A DNA stretch of 64,000 nucleotides. Source: Gekko japonicus (taxonomy: Eukaryota). Where the stretch lies: the NCBI RefSeq assembly GCF_001447785.1, contig NW_015164186.1, forward strand, positions 1,737,142 through 1,801,141, written 5' to 3'. Under the pieces are notes generated by a model. It made no database searches and was not told the origin of the DNA. It worked only from the letters and a program-made list of their open reading frames with translations. Position 1 is the stretch's first letter. Each line of letters opens with the position of its first letter. Both the position numbers and the translations under genes were made by a program. Of the stretch, positions 11,998 to 24,105 are shown one piece after another.

Positions 11998-12745
11998 TTG
12001 TTATTGTTGTTGTTCAGTCGCACAGTCGAGACTCGAGTCTGACTCTTTGTGACGGTCAAGTATTGACTCAACGCCGTTGTAAGTAAGTGATTCAGCTTTA
12101 TTATCAACAGGAACATCAGAATAACACACCACAACAGTGGAGCATAGCTCCCTTTTAAACTATCCCAGGCTGATGTAGCCACGCCCTAGAATAGTTAAGG
12201 ACCAATAGCATTGTAAGGATAACAACCAGTCAGGTCTGTTCCCTCCAGTACAGTTTCTCTGGCTTCTGATTGGTTACCACTATACATTAGCCAATAGGAT
12301 TGTTCCAGCTTAGAATCCTGGCTAAGGTCTCAAGCTTAACATTACATTTCATACAGTGAATACATAACCGTGACCCCATGGACCACATCACGCCAGGCCC
12401 TCCTGTCTTCCACTGTCCTCCGGAGTTTGCTCAATTTCGTGTTCACTGCATCGATAACAGTGTCTAACCGTCTCATCCTTTGCCATCCCCTTGTTCTTTT
12501 ACCTTCAATCTTTTCCAGCATCAGGGTCTTCTTCAGGGAGTGCTCCCTTCTCATTTGGTGGCCAAAGTATTTGAGCTTCAGTTTCAGTGTCTCTCCCTCC
12601 ATGAAACAGTCAGGTTTGATTTCCTTTAGGATTGACTGATTTGATCTTGCAGTCAAAGGGACTCTCAAGAGTCTTCTCCAGCACTATAATTCAAAAGCAT
12701 CTATTTTTGGTGCTTGGCCTTCTTTATGGTCCAACTCTCGCAGCC
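11998..12745 (-). mobile_element. BovB (RTE clade) LINE 3' fragment interrupted by a solo LTR
   Basis: The translation ARSNQSILKEI...KLKLKYFGH...KTLMLEKIEGKRTRGWQRMRRLD...EDRRAWRDVVHGVT is the BovB RT C-terminus. A (CAA)n tail lies near 12000. Confidence 0.9.
12054..12369 (-). mobile_element. 316-bp solo LTR with 5-bp TSD (GTGAC)
   Basis: GTGAC at 12049-12053 and 12370-12374. Terminal inverted repeats GGTCAAGTATT/AATACATAACC. Internal CCAAT boxes, TTTAAAA and AATAAA on the minus strand. Confidence 0.75.
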
Positions 12746-13339
12746 ATACATTACTACTGGGAATACCGTCCCTTTAACTATACATACTTTTGTTGGCAGG
12801 GTGATGTTTTAATTGTATTATTTAACTGTTGTACACCGCCCTGAGCCCATTTGGGGAGGGCAGTATTTAAATCTAATAAAATAAAATAAGTGTCTCTTGG
12901 ATCCCATCTTGGCACAATAGGTTCTTGCATTCAAAGTGAGCTACCATTTCGTACATCAAAGAGACACCAAAAGAATGGGAAGCTTTCAGTACCCCAGGAT
13001 TTTGAGGTCCCTTTTCAGGACCTGCTACCTGGGATCCTTAGCTGGAATTTGAACCTTTGTCTGACTGCATGCTCAAAGTGTGCTCTGCTACTGAGCCATA
13101 GTCACAAAGCTTTCTTACACTGATTCAGACCAACTTAGAACGGCTATGTGCACCTGCTTTCCCAAATGGTGAGGGGTTACAGGCAGGGGCTAACGCTTAC
13201 CCAGGTTTGTTCCCTTTGGAGGATAGGGCACTGGGGACTTAGGGCATTTGGGGAATACTTGCTTTATTTTCAAATATACAAGCAGGATGTACAAGAAGGC
13301 ACATGGCTCTGGTTTCTCTGGGCATGGTGTGTTAGGCCA

Positions 13340-13810
13340 AACCTGCAGAGTAGAGCCATTCACACACCCACCAGTCTTTTTCGGCCCCGGCCCCAGCCTG
13401 GTGGAACTCTTCCAAGTGAGATCCAAGCCCTGCAGGACTTAACTCAATTCTGCAGGACCTGTAAGACTGAAATGTTCTTCCGGGCATATGGTTGAGGACA
13501 GCAATGGTCAGAGATCAGTGGCCTCCCGGGTTTCTCCCTCCCCCAATTCTCTCCTGGTTAAGATCCTCCCCATGGGTGGAATATGGATTGTATGCCAACC
13601 ACCCCAGCTATCTGTGATGCCATCAAACAGTAGATCAAATTGCTGAGTAGTACTGGAGCTTAATTGGACTGCATCTATTTTATTATGTATTGATGTATAA
13701 TTATTCTATGTATTTTATGTATAGATGTATATACATATTGTACACCACCCTGAGTCCTGCTTGCGGGAAATGGAGTGGGATAGAAATTAATTAAATAAAT
13801 AATAAAACTA
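13340..13810 (+). mobile_element. L2 LINE 3' fragment
   Basis: RT C-terminal remnant (LPSEIQALQDLTQFCRTCKTEMFFRAYG*), then a TGTACACCACCCTGAG... stem-loop and an (AAAT)n tail. Confidence 0.75.
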
Positions 13811-16279
13811 TTTGTTATTTATGGTCCGCCTTTCTCACATTGACAAGGCGGATTACACATAGTGAGTCAGTACAATCAACAAGTTGGGATATTCAATAAT
13901 TAAATGCATTAGGATATTAGAAGACTGGAAACCACCAGAAAGAACAGGAGCATAGCATATGACATATCAAGTCTTACAGAAATGACATAATAGGAACCTG
14001 GGAGGGGGTGAGTAATTATAGACCTGTTGGACACCTCTAGATTGAGACAATGCTTACCCATCCTCCTCTTTTGAACTGCAGAATCCCTAACACACCAGCC
14101 ATTAACCTCTTGGAGGGTTAACAGCCAAGTACATAGCTGTGCTTTCCCCCATACAGAGACATTTGTTCAAAATTCAAAATGTTATGGGTTTCTTTCCTTC
14201 AAAGTGAGCTCTGTCTACCAAACACTGGACTTCTATGTTTGTTATTGGTCTTCTCTGGGGACTGACCTCCATGGAGGTCCACCTTACATCATTCATAACA
14301 GCAGCTCCGCTGGATCAGTCCAGCACCATGAATCCCTTGGCAGCCAACCAGATGCCTACATACAAGGCACAGAGGCCAAAGTGTTCTGTTGTGATTCCTC
14401 CCCTACAACAGATATTCCGAGGTATGCTGTCTCTAAACAAGGAGCACCTATTTAAGCCATCATGGCTCATAATGATAGACCTGTCCTGCATGAATCTGGC
14501 CATCATTACATCTTTTGGCAGTGAGTTCAACTAGTTAATTATGTGTTGGGAAATCTTTTATGTGCAGAGCGCTTTAACCAGCTAATGGTGGAAACTGTCA
14601 CAGAGCAAGCTAAAGATCACTCTTGTCAAATACACCTATTCTGGGATAGCAGAAGAGAGACCCACCTTCCTCCCCTACAGAAGGTTTGTACAGAGGTCAT
14701 GCCTGCCTCTTTCATGTTCTCCAGCAGCAGAAGAGGATGTAGCTTTGCCTCCTTTTTCGCGGCACTGTTCTCATCAGCCACCCTCTTTTCAGCCATCTTA
14801 CACCTGACGAGATTGATTTGTTAGATCATGCCAGGCCACCATTCAGATCTTCAGAGTGGCTTCCAAATACGTTTCAACAAAGTTGTTGGCAATTCCCCAT
14901 CCCCAAGTTGGACTGAGGCCGGTCCATCCATCCATCCTTCTGTAACCAGCATGAAAAAAGAATCTAAAAAATGTCGTGTTCCATGCAATGAAGCCCTGAA
15001 GCTGACACTTATTTTAATCATTAACAGAGAAGGCAGGGACGCACATTGCCAAACTGAGAAAAGCTCAGGGGTAACCAGTTTGTTTCAGGAAAAGCTAGCT
15101 GTGCAGAAGGTTGGCAGTCTGGCTCTTATGGCACTCGGGATGCCACCTCTTCATCCAATTGTGCCACAGGCTCATGGGGTGGGCAGCCAGAGCTGCTCCA
15201 CCCTCCCCATCCAATACTTTAATTTCAATCATTTAGATGGATGAACATACCAGACTAAAAACAACAAAATCATTGGTAGGGGGACGTGTGTGTGCTGAAA
15301 AATCAAAGTAGCAAAGATAGGGAGGAGCAGAGCTTGTCTCCCCAGCAGACACTCACCCCTGTTCCTAGAGGGGAATGTCTCTTCATACTTAAGAGGAGCC
15401 AGCACTGTATAGATGGACGTTCGGCGTATTAAGCCAGGGCTGGAGAGATCCAGGCTCGAGTCCCTGCTCAGACACAAAACTCAACGTGTGACCTTGAGCC
15501 AATCTCTCTCCCTCTGGATAAAATATAGGAGAACAGAACCAGGGGTGCAGCTCTGATGTCCAAGAAGGCTGGGATAGAAATAGCACAGAGGAGGAAAGTC
15601 TATGCGTGTCAGATTGCAACCCAGAGATTGCCTGCTTAACAGCTCTGCAGCAACAGATGGAGCTGCAGTTTCTTCAGTCCTTCTCTCCTTCCATGGGAAG
15701 AACTGCAGGGAAAGTCTTCAAGCCTTATCGGAGGCCTGGAAAGAGGGTGGGCGATAGGGACAGGGTACAGTGCAAGAGAAGAGCAGGCTGGATTCTCTTC
15801 ATGTTGCTGCAGAAGAGGCAAGAGGCCAAAGGCACATTCCTTCAGAAGAGGAAGGCAGCAGTAGTGCTGAACAATAGTAGAAGAAGTCCTGCCTTTTACT
15901 GAGTCAGACTAGGGCTTTTTTTGTGACAGTGCTCACTGGTAATATGTGTGTGTGTGTATGGCCTTTGCAACTTGCCCACCAGTTAAGACATTCTACAGAG
16001 GCTAACTCTGTGTCCTCACCTCTCAGGTGACTGGCAACCAAAGAGAGGGCCTTTTCCGTAGGGGCACCTTGACTCCATAGTTCCCTTCACCACAGCAGCT
16101 TTATTGACAGGGATGAGGGAAGAACAGCATCTGGTCTTTTACTGCTGTTTTAAATCAGCAGCAGCCTTTAATTAGAAATCATTACAACTCTGTAATGAGC
16201 AGTTTGGTATATTTTACATGCACACGTTTAATGACTGATACTGGGAGGCACATTGGACATTTAAAAATGGAGAACACTG

Positions 16280-16285
16280 TTTATT
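16280..16285 (-). terminator. Candidate GINS4 poly(A) signal
   Basis: AATAAA on the minus strand about 540 nt after the stop codon. Confidence 0.45.
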
Positions 16286-16821
16286 ACTTTAAACTTATTT
16301 ATAAAAGCAAACACAGGGCCTGCAAATAATGCACCTATGGTCCTTTGTTTCTGGAGGCATTCCAGCAACTTTTTGTGGCATGCAAGTGGCAGCTGATATT
16401 TTGTTGTTGCTGCATGTGTGAAAGGACATGGAAAGCAACAACGTTCATATAGCAAGGTAAGGAAGGCCCAGACATCACAATACCATGCACAGGAACAAGC
16501 ACAATTCACCAACACCTGCTTGCACTGGTGAGAAGGCACTCATACGGAGCCGGTTTGTAGAACTTGACAGCCTTGTGCAAAATGGTTGTGGTGTAGCACT
16601 GCCACCTGCTGGATATCCAACAGAACACTGGATGTGCTTCTCTAGCCTCGCCAAAGGTCAGCCTCTCCCCCACCCACCATCCTTTCTTTGATGACAACAA
16701 AGTCGTCTTCTTTGCAGCCATCTGGGCAAGTTTCATAGGGATGGTGTGTGCCTGTGAGCAAAGCAGCCCTGGTGGTCCTTCGGCTTGGCACTTGCGGAAT
16801 GCGCAGGGGTTTCCATGATGT

Positions 16822-16918
16822 TTAAATGAGATTAACTGCCCCCGAAGCCACTAAAGGAGCAATCGTTTTGTACCGGATCAGGTGCTGAGAGTCTTCATCC
16901 AGGTCAATCACATATTCT
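16822..16918 (-). CDS. GINS4: GINS complex subunit 4 (SLD5), coding exon 7 (last)
   Basis: EYVIDLDEDSQHLIRYKTIAPLVASGAVNLI* matches the SLD5 C-terminus. Polypyrimidine tract and AG acceptor at 16919-16920. Confidence 0.96.
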
Positions 16919-17074
16919 CTGAAAGAGAAAACAAAGAAAAAACACTGGCTTAGGGCTACAATCCTGTTCCATCTTTCTCAGGAGCAAGCCCATGATGCAC
17001 TGTGGGATTTAGCTGTAAGTTACAATATGTATGACTGGGCATGGTACATTTTCAGTTATTTAATTAATTCCATG

Positions 17075-17490
17075 TAGGGTTGTTAGATCCTCCCTGGCCA
17101 CCGGTGGGGGATGGGGGTTAGGGTTGCTTGCCCTCTCCAGGTTAGGAAACTCCTGGAGATTTGGAGGTGGAGCCTAAGGAGGACAGGGACCTCAGTGAAC
17201 ATACATGAAGCTGCCTCTTACTGAATCGGACCCTTGGTCCATCAAAGTCAGTATTGTCTGCTCAGACTGGCAGCAGCTCTCCAGGGTCTTTCACATCACC
17301 TCCTGCCTCGTCCTTTTAACTGGAGATGTAAGGGATTGAACCTGGGACCTTCTGCATGCCAAGCAGATGCTCTGCCAGTGAGCCACAGTGGGGTACAGTG
17401 TCATAGAGTCCACCCTCCAATCATCCATTTTCTCCAGGGGAACTGATCTCTGTAGTCTGGAGATGAGCTGTAATTCTAGGGGATCCCCAG
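17075..17490. mobile_element. TAGGGTTG-type non-autonomous DNA element with a nested tRNA-derived SINE (~17198-17385, minus)
   Basis: Same element body as 33686-33884. It is interrupted by a SINE with a GGTTCAATCCC B-box, flanked by CAGTG on both sides. Confidence 0.6.
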
Positions 17491-19544
17491 CCCCCCCCCC
17501 CCCTTGAAAAAAAACAGTTCCCTGCCTGATGGCAAACCCCCCCCCCCCAATTTGTAAGTCAGTCCTTTTCAGGTGGAGCCCTTTTAAGCTTTCATTTTTC
17601 CAACTAGGCACTCAAGATGTCACAGTCTACACTTGCCACAATGTCAAGCCTGAAGTACAGCTTAAACAGTGAGACTACGGTCATCATTACAGTCAAGATC
17701 CACGTAACCGGCAAGACCTCCTTGCTCAAGCATATGTTGAGCAGCCACCTAACAAAAACCGGAGCAGTGCTGGTGAGCCGCTCACAAGGACCAGGATGGG
17801 GGTGGGAGAAACTCTGGTGTGGTTCTCCCAGGAGATCTCTACATGCCACCGTGGGCCAGAAGGGGTTTAATGGGGAAGGGCACCGAGAACTCCAGCCACC
17901 CCTCCTGAGCGTGGAAACATTCAAAATGTCTTTCCTCGTGGTGCATCCGCACTGCCCGCAATTCAGAGCGGAAAGACAGTGTAGTATAGTGGTTAGAATA
18001 AAAACGGAAAGACCTGCCTTTAAAGCTTCCTGAGCAAGGTGAGGTCAGCCACTTATCTGAGTCTAACCTACCTCCACAAGGCTGCTGTGAGGGCAAAATG
18101 GAGGAGGGGAGAACAATGTTGTAAGCCACTTTGGACACCCACTGGGGACAAAAGTAGAGTATAAATAAATAAATAAATAAATAAATAAATGTCACCCTTT
18201 ATACTCTGCTTCTTACCCCTAAGGAGGACCGGCAGGTAGCTTATGATATCGCTCTCACTTTATACTAAACAACTCCAGTCCCACTTTGATCTAGTGAAGC
18301 TGCCAAGCAGGTAAGCTGGAATGGCCAGCAAGATGAGCTGGGATGACCAAGGTAAGAGGTTCACCTCAAACACATTTTCTCATTTTTCACCTGCCCATCT
18401 GCAGCACAGAGATAAACAATGGCCCACCTAATAAGGCTGCTGTAAGGATTACCGAGAACACAGGCACGTTTCTGGCTGAGGCAAGTTTAGAACTGGGGGC
18501 TTCCCAACACATGCCAGGCACTAGTATGCTGATCAGCATCTGATGTCTCGGCTTTCACCACTTCATTGCAATTGTTTCCACGGCATGCTGATCTTAGTCA
18601 GTATAATACACATATATAATCCCAGTTCATCTTTGGAAGATTAACAGGAAGTCCTCGGAAAACTCAGAAGCCTGGCAGGATTCAAACTTAATCAAGGCAG
18701 AATGGAGCTGTTTGGTATAAACAGATTTGGATGATAACAGAAATAAGATGATTAACAATGCAATCCCAAGCAGAGTTGTACCCTTCCAAGTCCATTGAAA
18801 TGAATGGGCTTAGACGAGATAACTCTACTTCGCACAGCACTGCAAGTAAATCAAAAGAGGACAGAAGCATCAAATACCCCGGGTCAGATTCTCCAAGGAC
18901 ACTGATGAAGCACAGAAAATTGATTCCGTAATTCACCAACGATGCAGGAAGAACACAGCCCATCAGGTGGGTGGAATCATAGCTGTATGTCTCCCTCAAA
19001 TTACAATCCAGCCTACAGAGCCAGTGTGGTGCATTGGTTAAAGGGGCAGACCAGCATCCAGGCTCAAATCCCTGCTCTGCCATGGAACCTCCCTGGGTGA
19101 CCTCGGGCCAGCCAAACTCTCAGCCTAACCCACTTCACAGGGCTGTTGTGAGGATAAAAGGGAGAAGACAATGATGTAACCCATTTTGGGTCCCCACTGG
19201 GGAGAAAAGCAGAGTATAAATGAACTAAATATAGGGCACTGTTGTACGAAGACCTTCCCATGGATCATCTTCTCCCCCTCCCCCATATTTTATTCACATA
19301 CTTGTTCATTGACTCGGCAAGCACAGTTTTCAGTTATCTGTACAAACTCCACTTAGGAACCTGTGATCAGATCGAGTGACATTTTATTTAATGTCATGAA
19401 CAGGCAACTAGGGACACAGGATTTGGACCAGGGCTGTGGTACTGGGGCAGGGGAAGGGTTAATCCCTTCCTGCATGCTGCTTCCCCAACAGAAACTGACC
19501 AGATGCCCACAGTGGCCCTCTCTTTCTGCCTTGCCATGACTAAT

Positions 19545-19950
19545 CTACAAGCAGGTAGGGGGTTGCAGTACAAATAAGCTAAAAGAAATAGAACTACTGC
19601 AAGTATGCAATTAGTGGTTGTAATAATACTAGTCTTCCAAGCGAGTACAACATTACAAAATACACAGTAACAGCAACATTTTGTATTCCAGATAATATAC
19701 AGATGGACGAAATTCCCCGGAGTTGGTGTTCCGTTTTTGATGACTTCCTCACACATCAAAACTCATAAAGAAGTGCCCTCACACAGTCACAAATATTCCA
19801 ATGCAGGCTCAGATTTACACTTTGGTCTGTTATACAACAGGAATGAACACTACAAACATTTAGGACTGATGAAGAATCCATTTGGAATATTGCTGTTACT
19901 GTATATATTTTGTAATTTTGTACTCGCTTGGAAGACTAGTATTATTTCTT
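19545..19950. mobile_element. Insertion with ~60-bp inverted repeats and 15-bp TSD, probably a Penelope-like remnant
   Basis: CTTGCCATGACTAAT at 19530-19544 and 19951-19965. TAATACTAGTCTTCCAAGCGAGTACAA...CAGTAACAGCAA is present in both orientations. CTGATGAAGA lies near 19866. Confidence 0.65.
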
Positions 19951-20087
19951 CTTGCCATGACTAATGGCAGCTGCAGAAGAGGAGCACACTCCATCAGGGA
20001 AGCAGCACAGGGGCAAAAGAGACACCCCTCCCCCCATTCTGATTACATGATCTAGATTCAGATTAGCCTCCCATTCCACCTACTGGC

Positions 20088-20206
20088 GGTCTTTAAGCAG
20101 CATCTGGACAAACAACTTATCAGGGATGCTCTAGGGCTGATCCTGCATTGGGCAGGGGGTTGGTCTAGAGGGCCTGTAAGGCTCCTTCCAACTCTGTGAT
20201 TCTATA
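20088..20206 (+). mobile_element. CR1 LINE 3' end
   Basis: TTTAAGCAGCATCTGGAC...GCAGGGGGTTGG...CCTTCCAACTCTGTGATTCTAT, a CR1 terminus. Confidence 0.75.
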
Positions 20207-20262
20207 CACATTAACCATTTTCACCCGGAGAACAAACATAGCTGCAGCATCCCCTTCCCTAC

Positions 20263-20353
20263 CTTTGCTCATCTGTCTCCGGCTCCACCAAGATGTTCTC
20301 CTGCCTCTCCTTCACCCGCAGGAACACAAAGGAGTCCAGGTTCGGTTTGGCAA
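20263..20353 (-). CDS. GINS4: GINS4 coding exon 6
   Basis: VAKPNLDSFVFLRVKERQENILVEPETDEQR; AG/GT boundaries; 91 nt. Confidence 0.96.
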
Positions 20354-20993
20354 CTGCAAAGAAAGACCGCAGAAGACCAGTCTGCTTCATGCCCCTGTAG
20401 TGGAGGGAGCTGTGGTGCCCGTGTGGCACGCATGCGGACGGTCTCCAGTACAGCCCCCGTTAAAGGATCTTGGGTAGCTGATGATTTTGGAGAAGTCTAC
20501 TTGAGAATATTTGGATGGATGGATCAAAAGCAGTGTCACGATTTACTGGCAACGGGTCCACAGCTTAGGTGGTAGAGCACATGCTCTGCATGAAGAAGGA
20601 CCCAGATTCAATCAGCTGAGCAGCCAGGGTGACAAAAGGCCTCTTTAAAGGACCCTGGAGAACCACCACTTGTGGGAGCTGGCTATACTGAGCCAGATGG
20701 GTCAGGCACCACAAAAGGCAACTTGCTCTGTGCTGGGTTCCACAGTGGGCAAGGAGGAGAGGATATACTTCATTCAATTCCAGCTTCTGCCAGGGTTCAG
20801 CTCTCAGCCCTAGCAGCTGTCCAGACATGCTGACCCGGACGCCTGTCTGTCAGATGATCAACCCCTAGTATTAAGGGAATATTCACTACCTAAATTCAGA
20901 TTGCCAGTTTCTTGGAGCAGGGACACAACTATCTGCACACGCACAACTCTATAAGGATCTAGATGGGGCCAGATAAAGTCAGGCCTTGCTTAC

Positions 20994-21082
20994 CTGCCTT
21001 CAGAAGGTCCACCTTCTGCAGGTTGGGAGGCATGTGCTTCAGAGCCATATTCCGGAAATGTGCCTCAGTGTTTGCCATGTAC
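20994..21082 (-). CDS. GINS4: GINS4 coding exon 5
   Basis: YMANTEAHFRNMALKHMPPNLQKVDLLKA; AG/GTAAG boundaries; 89 nt. Confidence 0.96.
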
Positions 21083-21225
21083 CTGCAAGCAAGGAGCAAC
21101 AGCCTTGGTCTTTACCTCGGAAAGGAAAAGGCCTGGAAACAGAATGGCTGAAGCTGGCCAGTCACCAAACATGAGCAGAGAACACCCTGTGGAGGACTTG
21201 AGTCTTTGCACCACCTAATGTCGTG

Positions 21226-21576
21226 TAAAGTAAAGGTAAAGGTTCCCTTGCTCGAAAGCCAGTCGAATCCGACTCTAGGGTTGCGGTGCTCATCTCCGTT
21301 TCAAAGCCGAAGAGCCAGCGCTGTCCGAAGACGTTTCCGTGGTCATGTGGCCGGCATGACTAAACACCAAGGCGCACGGAACGCTGTTACCTTCCCACCG
21401 AAGTGGTCCCTATTTATCTACTTGCAATTTCTTGCTTTCGAACTGCTAGGTTGGCAGGAGCTGGAACTAGAGACGGGAGCCCACTCCGTCATGCGGCACC
21501 CGGGTCTCGAACTGCTGAACTACTGACCTTCCACAGCCTGCAGTTCAGCATCTTAACCACTTGAGCCACCGCAGCT
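21226..21576 (-). mobile_element. Full-length Sauria SINE
   Basis: tRNA-like head, GTAGATAAATAGGGACC core, GTCATGCCGGCCACATGACC and an (ACCTTT)n tail. 12-bp TSD CCTAATGTCGTG at 21214-21225 and 21577-21588. Confidence 0.9.
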
Positions 21577-22339
21577 CCTAATGTCGTGGATAGGACAACA
21601 AAAGATTGTCCACTTTTCTTGACTGGTCCAACTCCATGTCTTTAAAAGAGGAGCCCGATGCAGACACAGTAAGGAAGGAAACCTTTTCTTGGCAAGAAGA
21701 TAAACCTTCACCCGATCAATTTCCCCATGCCGTGTTGCAGTTAAAGGCATAGATGTGGCACCTGTTAAAAGTTGGTCATAATGTAATTACTGTGCATGCT
21801 TAGCTATTTTGCATGCTTGTATTAATCACAGGGCAGGGTGGAAAGTTTGCAAGGCTCCCTGCACCCTAGATACCTTTGCTCAGAGACCACTCTGCCTCTT
21901 AACTGTCACCCAAGTCTCTCTTTATAAGGATTTTAGAAACCTGCTTCTTTTATTTAAAAAAGGAAGTTGTTTTGAATGCTGAATGGGAAGGAGTTCTGAC
22001 TCAGAGGCAGATTATCTGCTTTGCATGCTGAAGGTCCCAGGTTCAATCCTTGGCATCGCTAGTTAAGAGGATCAAAGTAGTAGATGATGTGAAAAGACCT
22101 CTTCCAGAGGACCTAGAGAGCCAGTTGGAGTAGACAAGACTGACCTGGGCAGACTAGTGGTCTGACTCATGACAAGGCAGCTTTTTGTGTTCATGAATTT
22201 TGCTCTCTGTACTAATTTTAACATTTGCTGAGTGTCATGGTTTCATCCCCTAGACCCTTGGCTCTCACCCAGGCTGGAAGTTTGACTCATGCTCCCATGT
22301 GCAGCTGGCTGGGATGAAAGGTTTAAATTATTTCTACTT

Positions 22340-24105
22340 GCCTATCTGAAACAGCAGCTAGAACGGAAAAACATTTGAACAGAGTTCTCTGCTCTAATTG
22401 CCTTAATTGAAACTGCAATAATTTATCAACAATACAACAGCTTGCAAGATTATAACAACAATACAATAGCTATAATAGCTATTTTACCTTAAAGAAACAT
22501 TTTCCTGTAGCTTACTCACAAGTAGGATGGATTCAACAAAAAGAAGCAAGAGAGCTAGAGATACAGAAGATACAACTCCTCTTCCAGTAAGTAAACAGAA
22601 GAAGATAAAGGATTATTTTGTAACCAAGGAGACTAAAGAAACCCTAGTTTTTAATATTCCTATATCAAACAGATATGCTCCTCTTGATCAACCTGCTACC
22701 CTGGAGTCCACTTTGAATACGCCTCCTGATTTAGCTACTCCAGAGTGTATCGTGGATACTCAAGCATTACAACAATTATCTACGAAAGCAGGGCTGCCTG
22801 ACAACTTAGGGAAGGATTTATGTATGTTAACTGCAAAGACAGTTAAATGTATATTTGAGGCATTACGTGAAATAAGAAGCAACCTTGAAGGGATTACTAA
22901 AGTGATAGCTAAACTTGTGAGACCAGCGACACTTCCAAATGCAGCTGGCAATGCAGCTGATGTTTTACACACAGGCACGACTCCAAAAGATGACAGCATA
23001 GGACAAAAGCTAACTCATAGCAAGGGACTTTACAACTTGACTTTACAAGCTCACAAGGTCTGTATTACAGTGACCCACTACAGGGGTATGATGCCTAACT
23101 GGAAGTCTGTAAAACAGGCTGCTTTACATCTGAGATCCCTTTTGCCAGAGTACACTGCTGCAGTTGACCTAATCTCATTAGAAGTATTACCTAGTCCATA
23201 CCATGCACAGAGATTACTGCTGAACTTCAAGACTTCCAAAATGCCCACATTGATCCTGAAATATAGGAGCTACTTGTCGTCAAAAGGAGTTCTACCAACT
23301 AGGGTTTTTGTCAACACCACCATCACTCCCTTGTGTCCTAAAGGAAGGTTCACAGGTTCTACAGTGACAGACATAAGGGCTTATGCCCATAAGTCACCAA
23401 GCGTTGACATGCACTTTAAAAGCACCTCAACTGGAACACCTATGGACATTGATAACAATAGAGGTTGCTCATTCCTGGAAAACTCAATTGAAGGGGACTT
23501 AATTAAATCCTTTCCAAAAATGCCTGAAGAGGAACAAACAGACATCATATAATGATTGGACTGGCTAAAAACCGAACTTTGGAAAGCTAAAGAAAATGAG
23601 ACATCTCAAAGACTGCCCTTTGCTACAGAAATTGATACTGTGGCATCTAACTCAAGTGCTGCAGTTGAAATCCCTGCAACTAGACAACTGGAGGGAAATC
23701 CTAGAGATAGTCAGGGACGGCTTCCTTGTAAGCCAACAGGTGGACAAAGGGCTACTGGTGGGCTACCTGCAAATGGCTGTATATTCTTAGACCCTGAGGA
23801 TAATCTAAATAAGATAGAACAAGAAGTCTGACAACTAAAGTTTCTGTCTTGGAAGCTTGGGGGGTGGCGAAATAAGCTTCACGACCCTGATTTTTTAGAT
23901 TTCCTGCAAGGTTATCATATAATTTTTCTTCAGGAAACTTGGAGTCAGGATCTAGAACAGCTCTCTATTAAGGGTTACAGGTCTTTACAAGTTCCCGCAG
24001 TTAAAATTCATTCAAAAGGCCGGGGTTCTGGAGGTCTGGCAATTTTCATAACAGTAGATCTGGATGTTGAACTACAAGTACTTGCCTACCTTCAACTGCA
24101 CCATG
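22340..24105 (+). mobile_element. 5' half of a two-ORF APE-type non-LTR retrotransposon (possibly RTEX/L2-like): ORF1 plus N-terminal endonuclease, RT missing
   Basis: ORF1 22527-23831 is in one frame, with internal TAA-TGA at 23550-23555. It continues in frame as QLKFLSWKLGGW...DFLDFLQGYHIIFLQETW...KGRGSGGLAIFI, which carries the APE motifs SW(N), QETW and GG(V/L)AI. Outer boundaries are approximate. Confidence 0.8.

Noticed and set aside
20565-22195. tRNA-like A/B boxes here and at about 1170-1400, 1950-2135, 7570-7640, 19015-19235 and 61320-61545
   Set aside because: These are degenerate tRNA-derived SINE heads without a complete cloverleaf, not tRNA genes.
23550-23555. Internal TAA-TGA in LINE ORF1 as a second recoding site
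   Set aside because: Two adjacent stops with no readthrough context are more simply explained as C-to-T decay in this copy.
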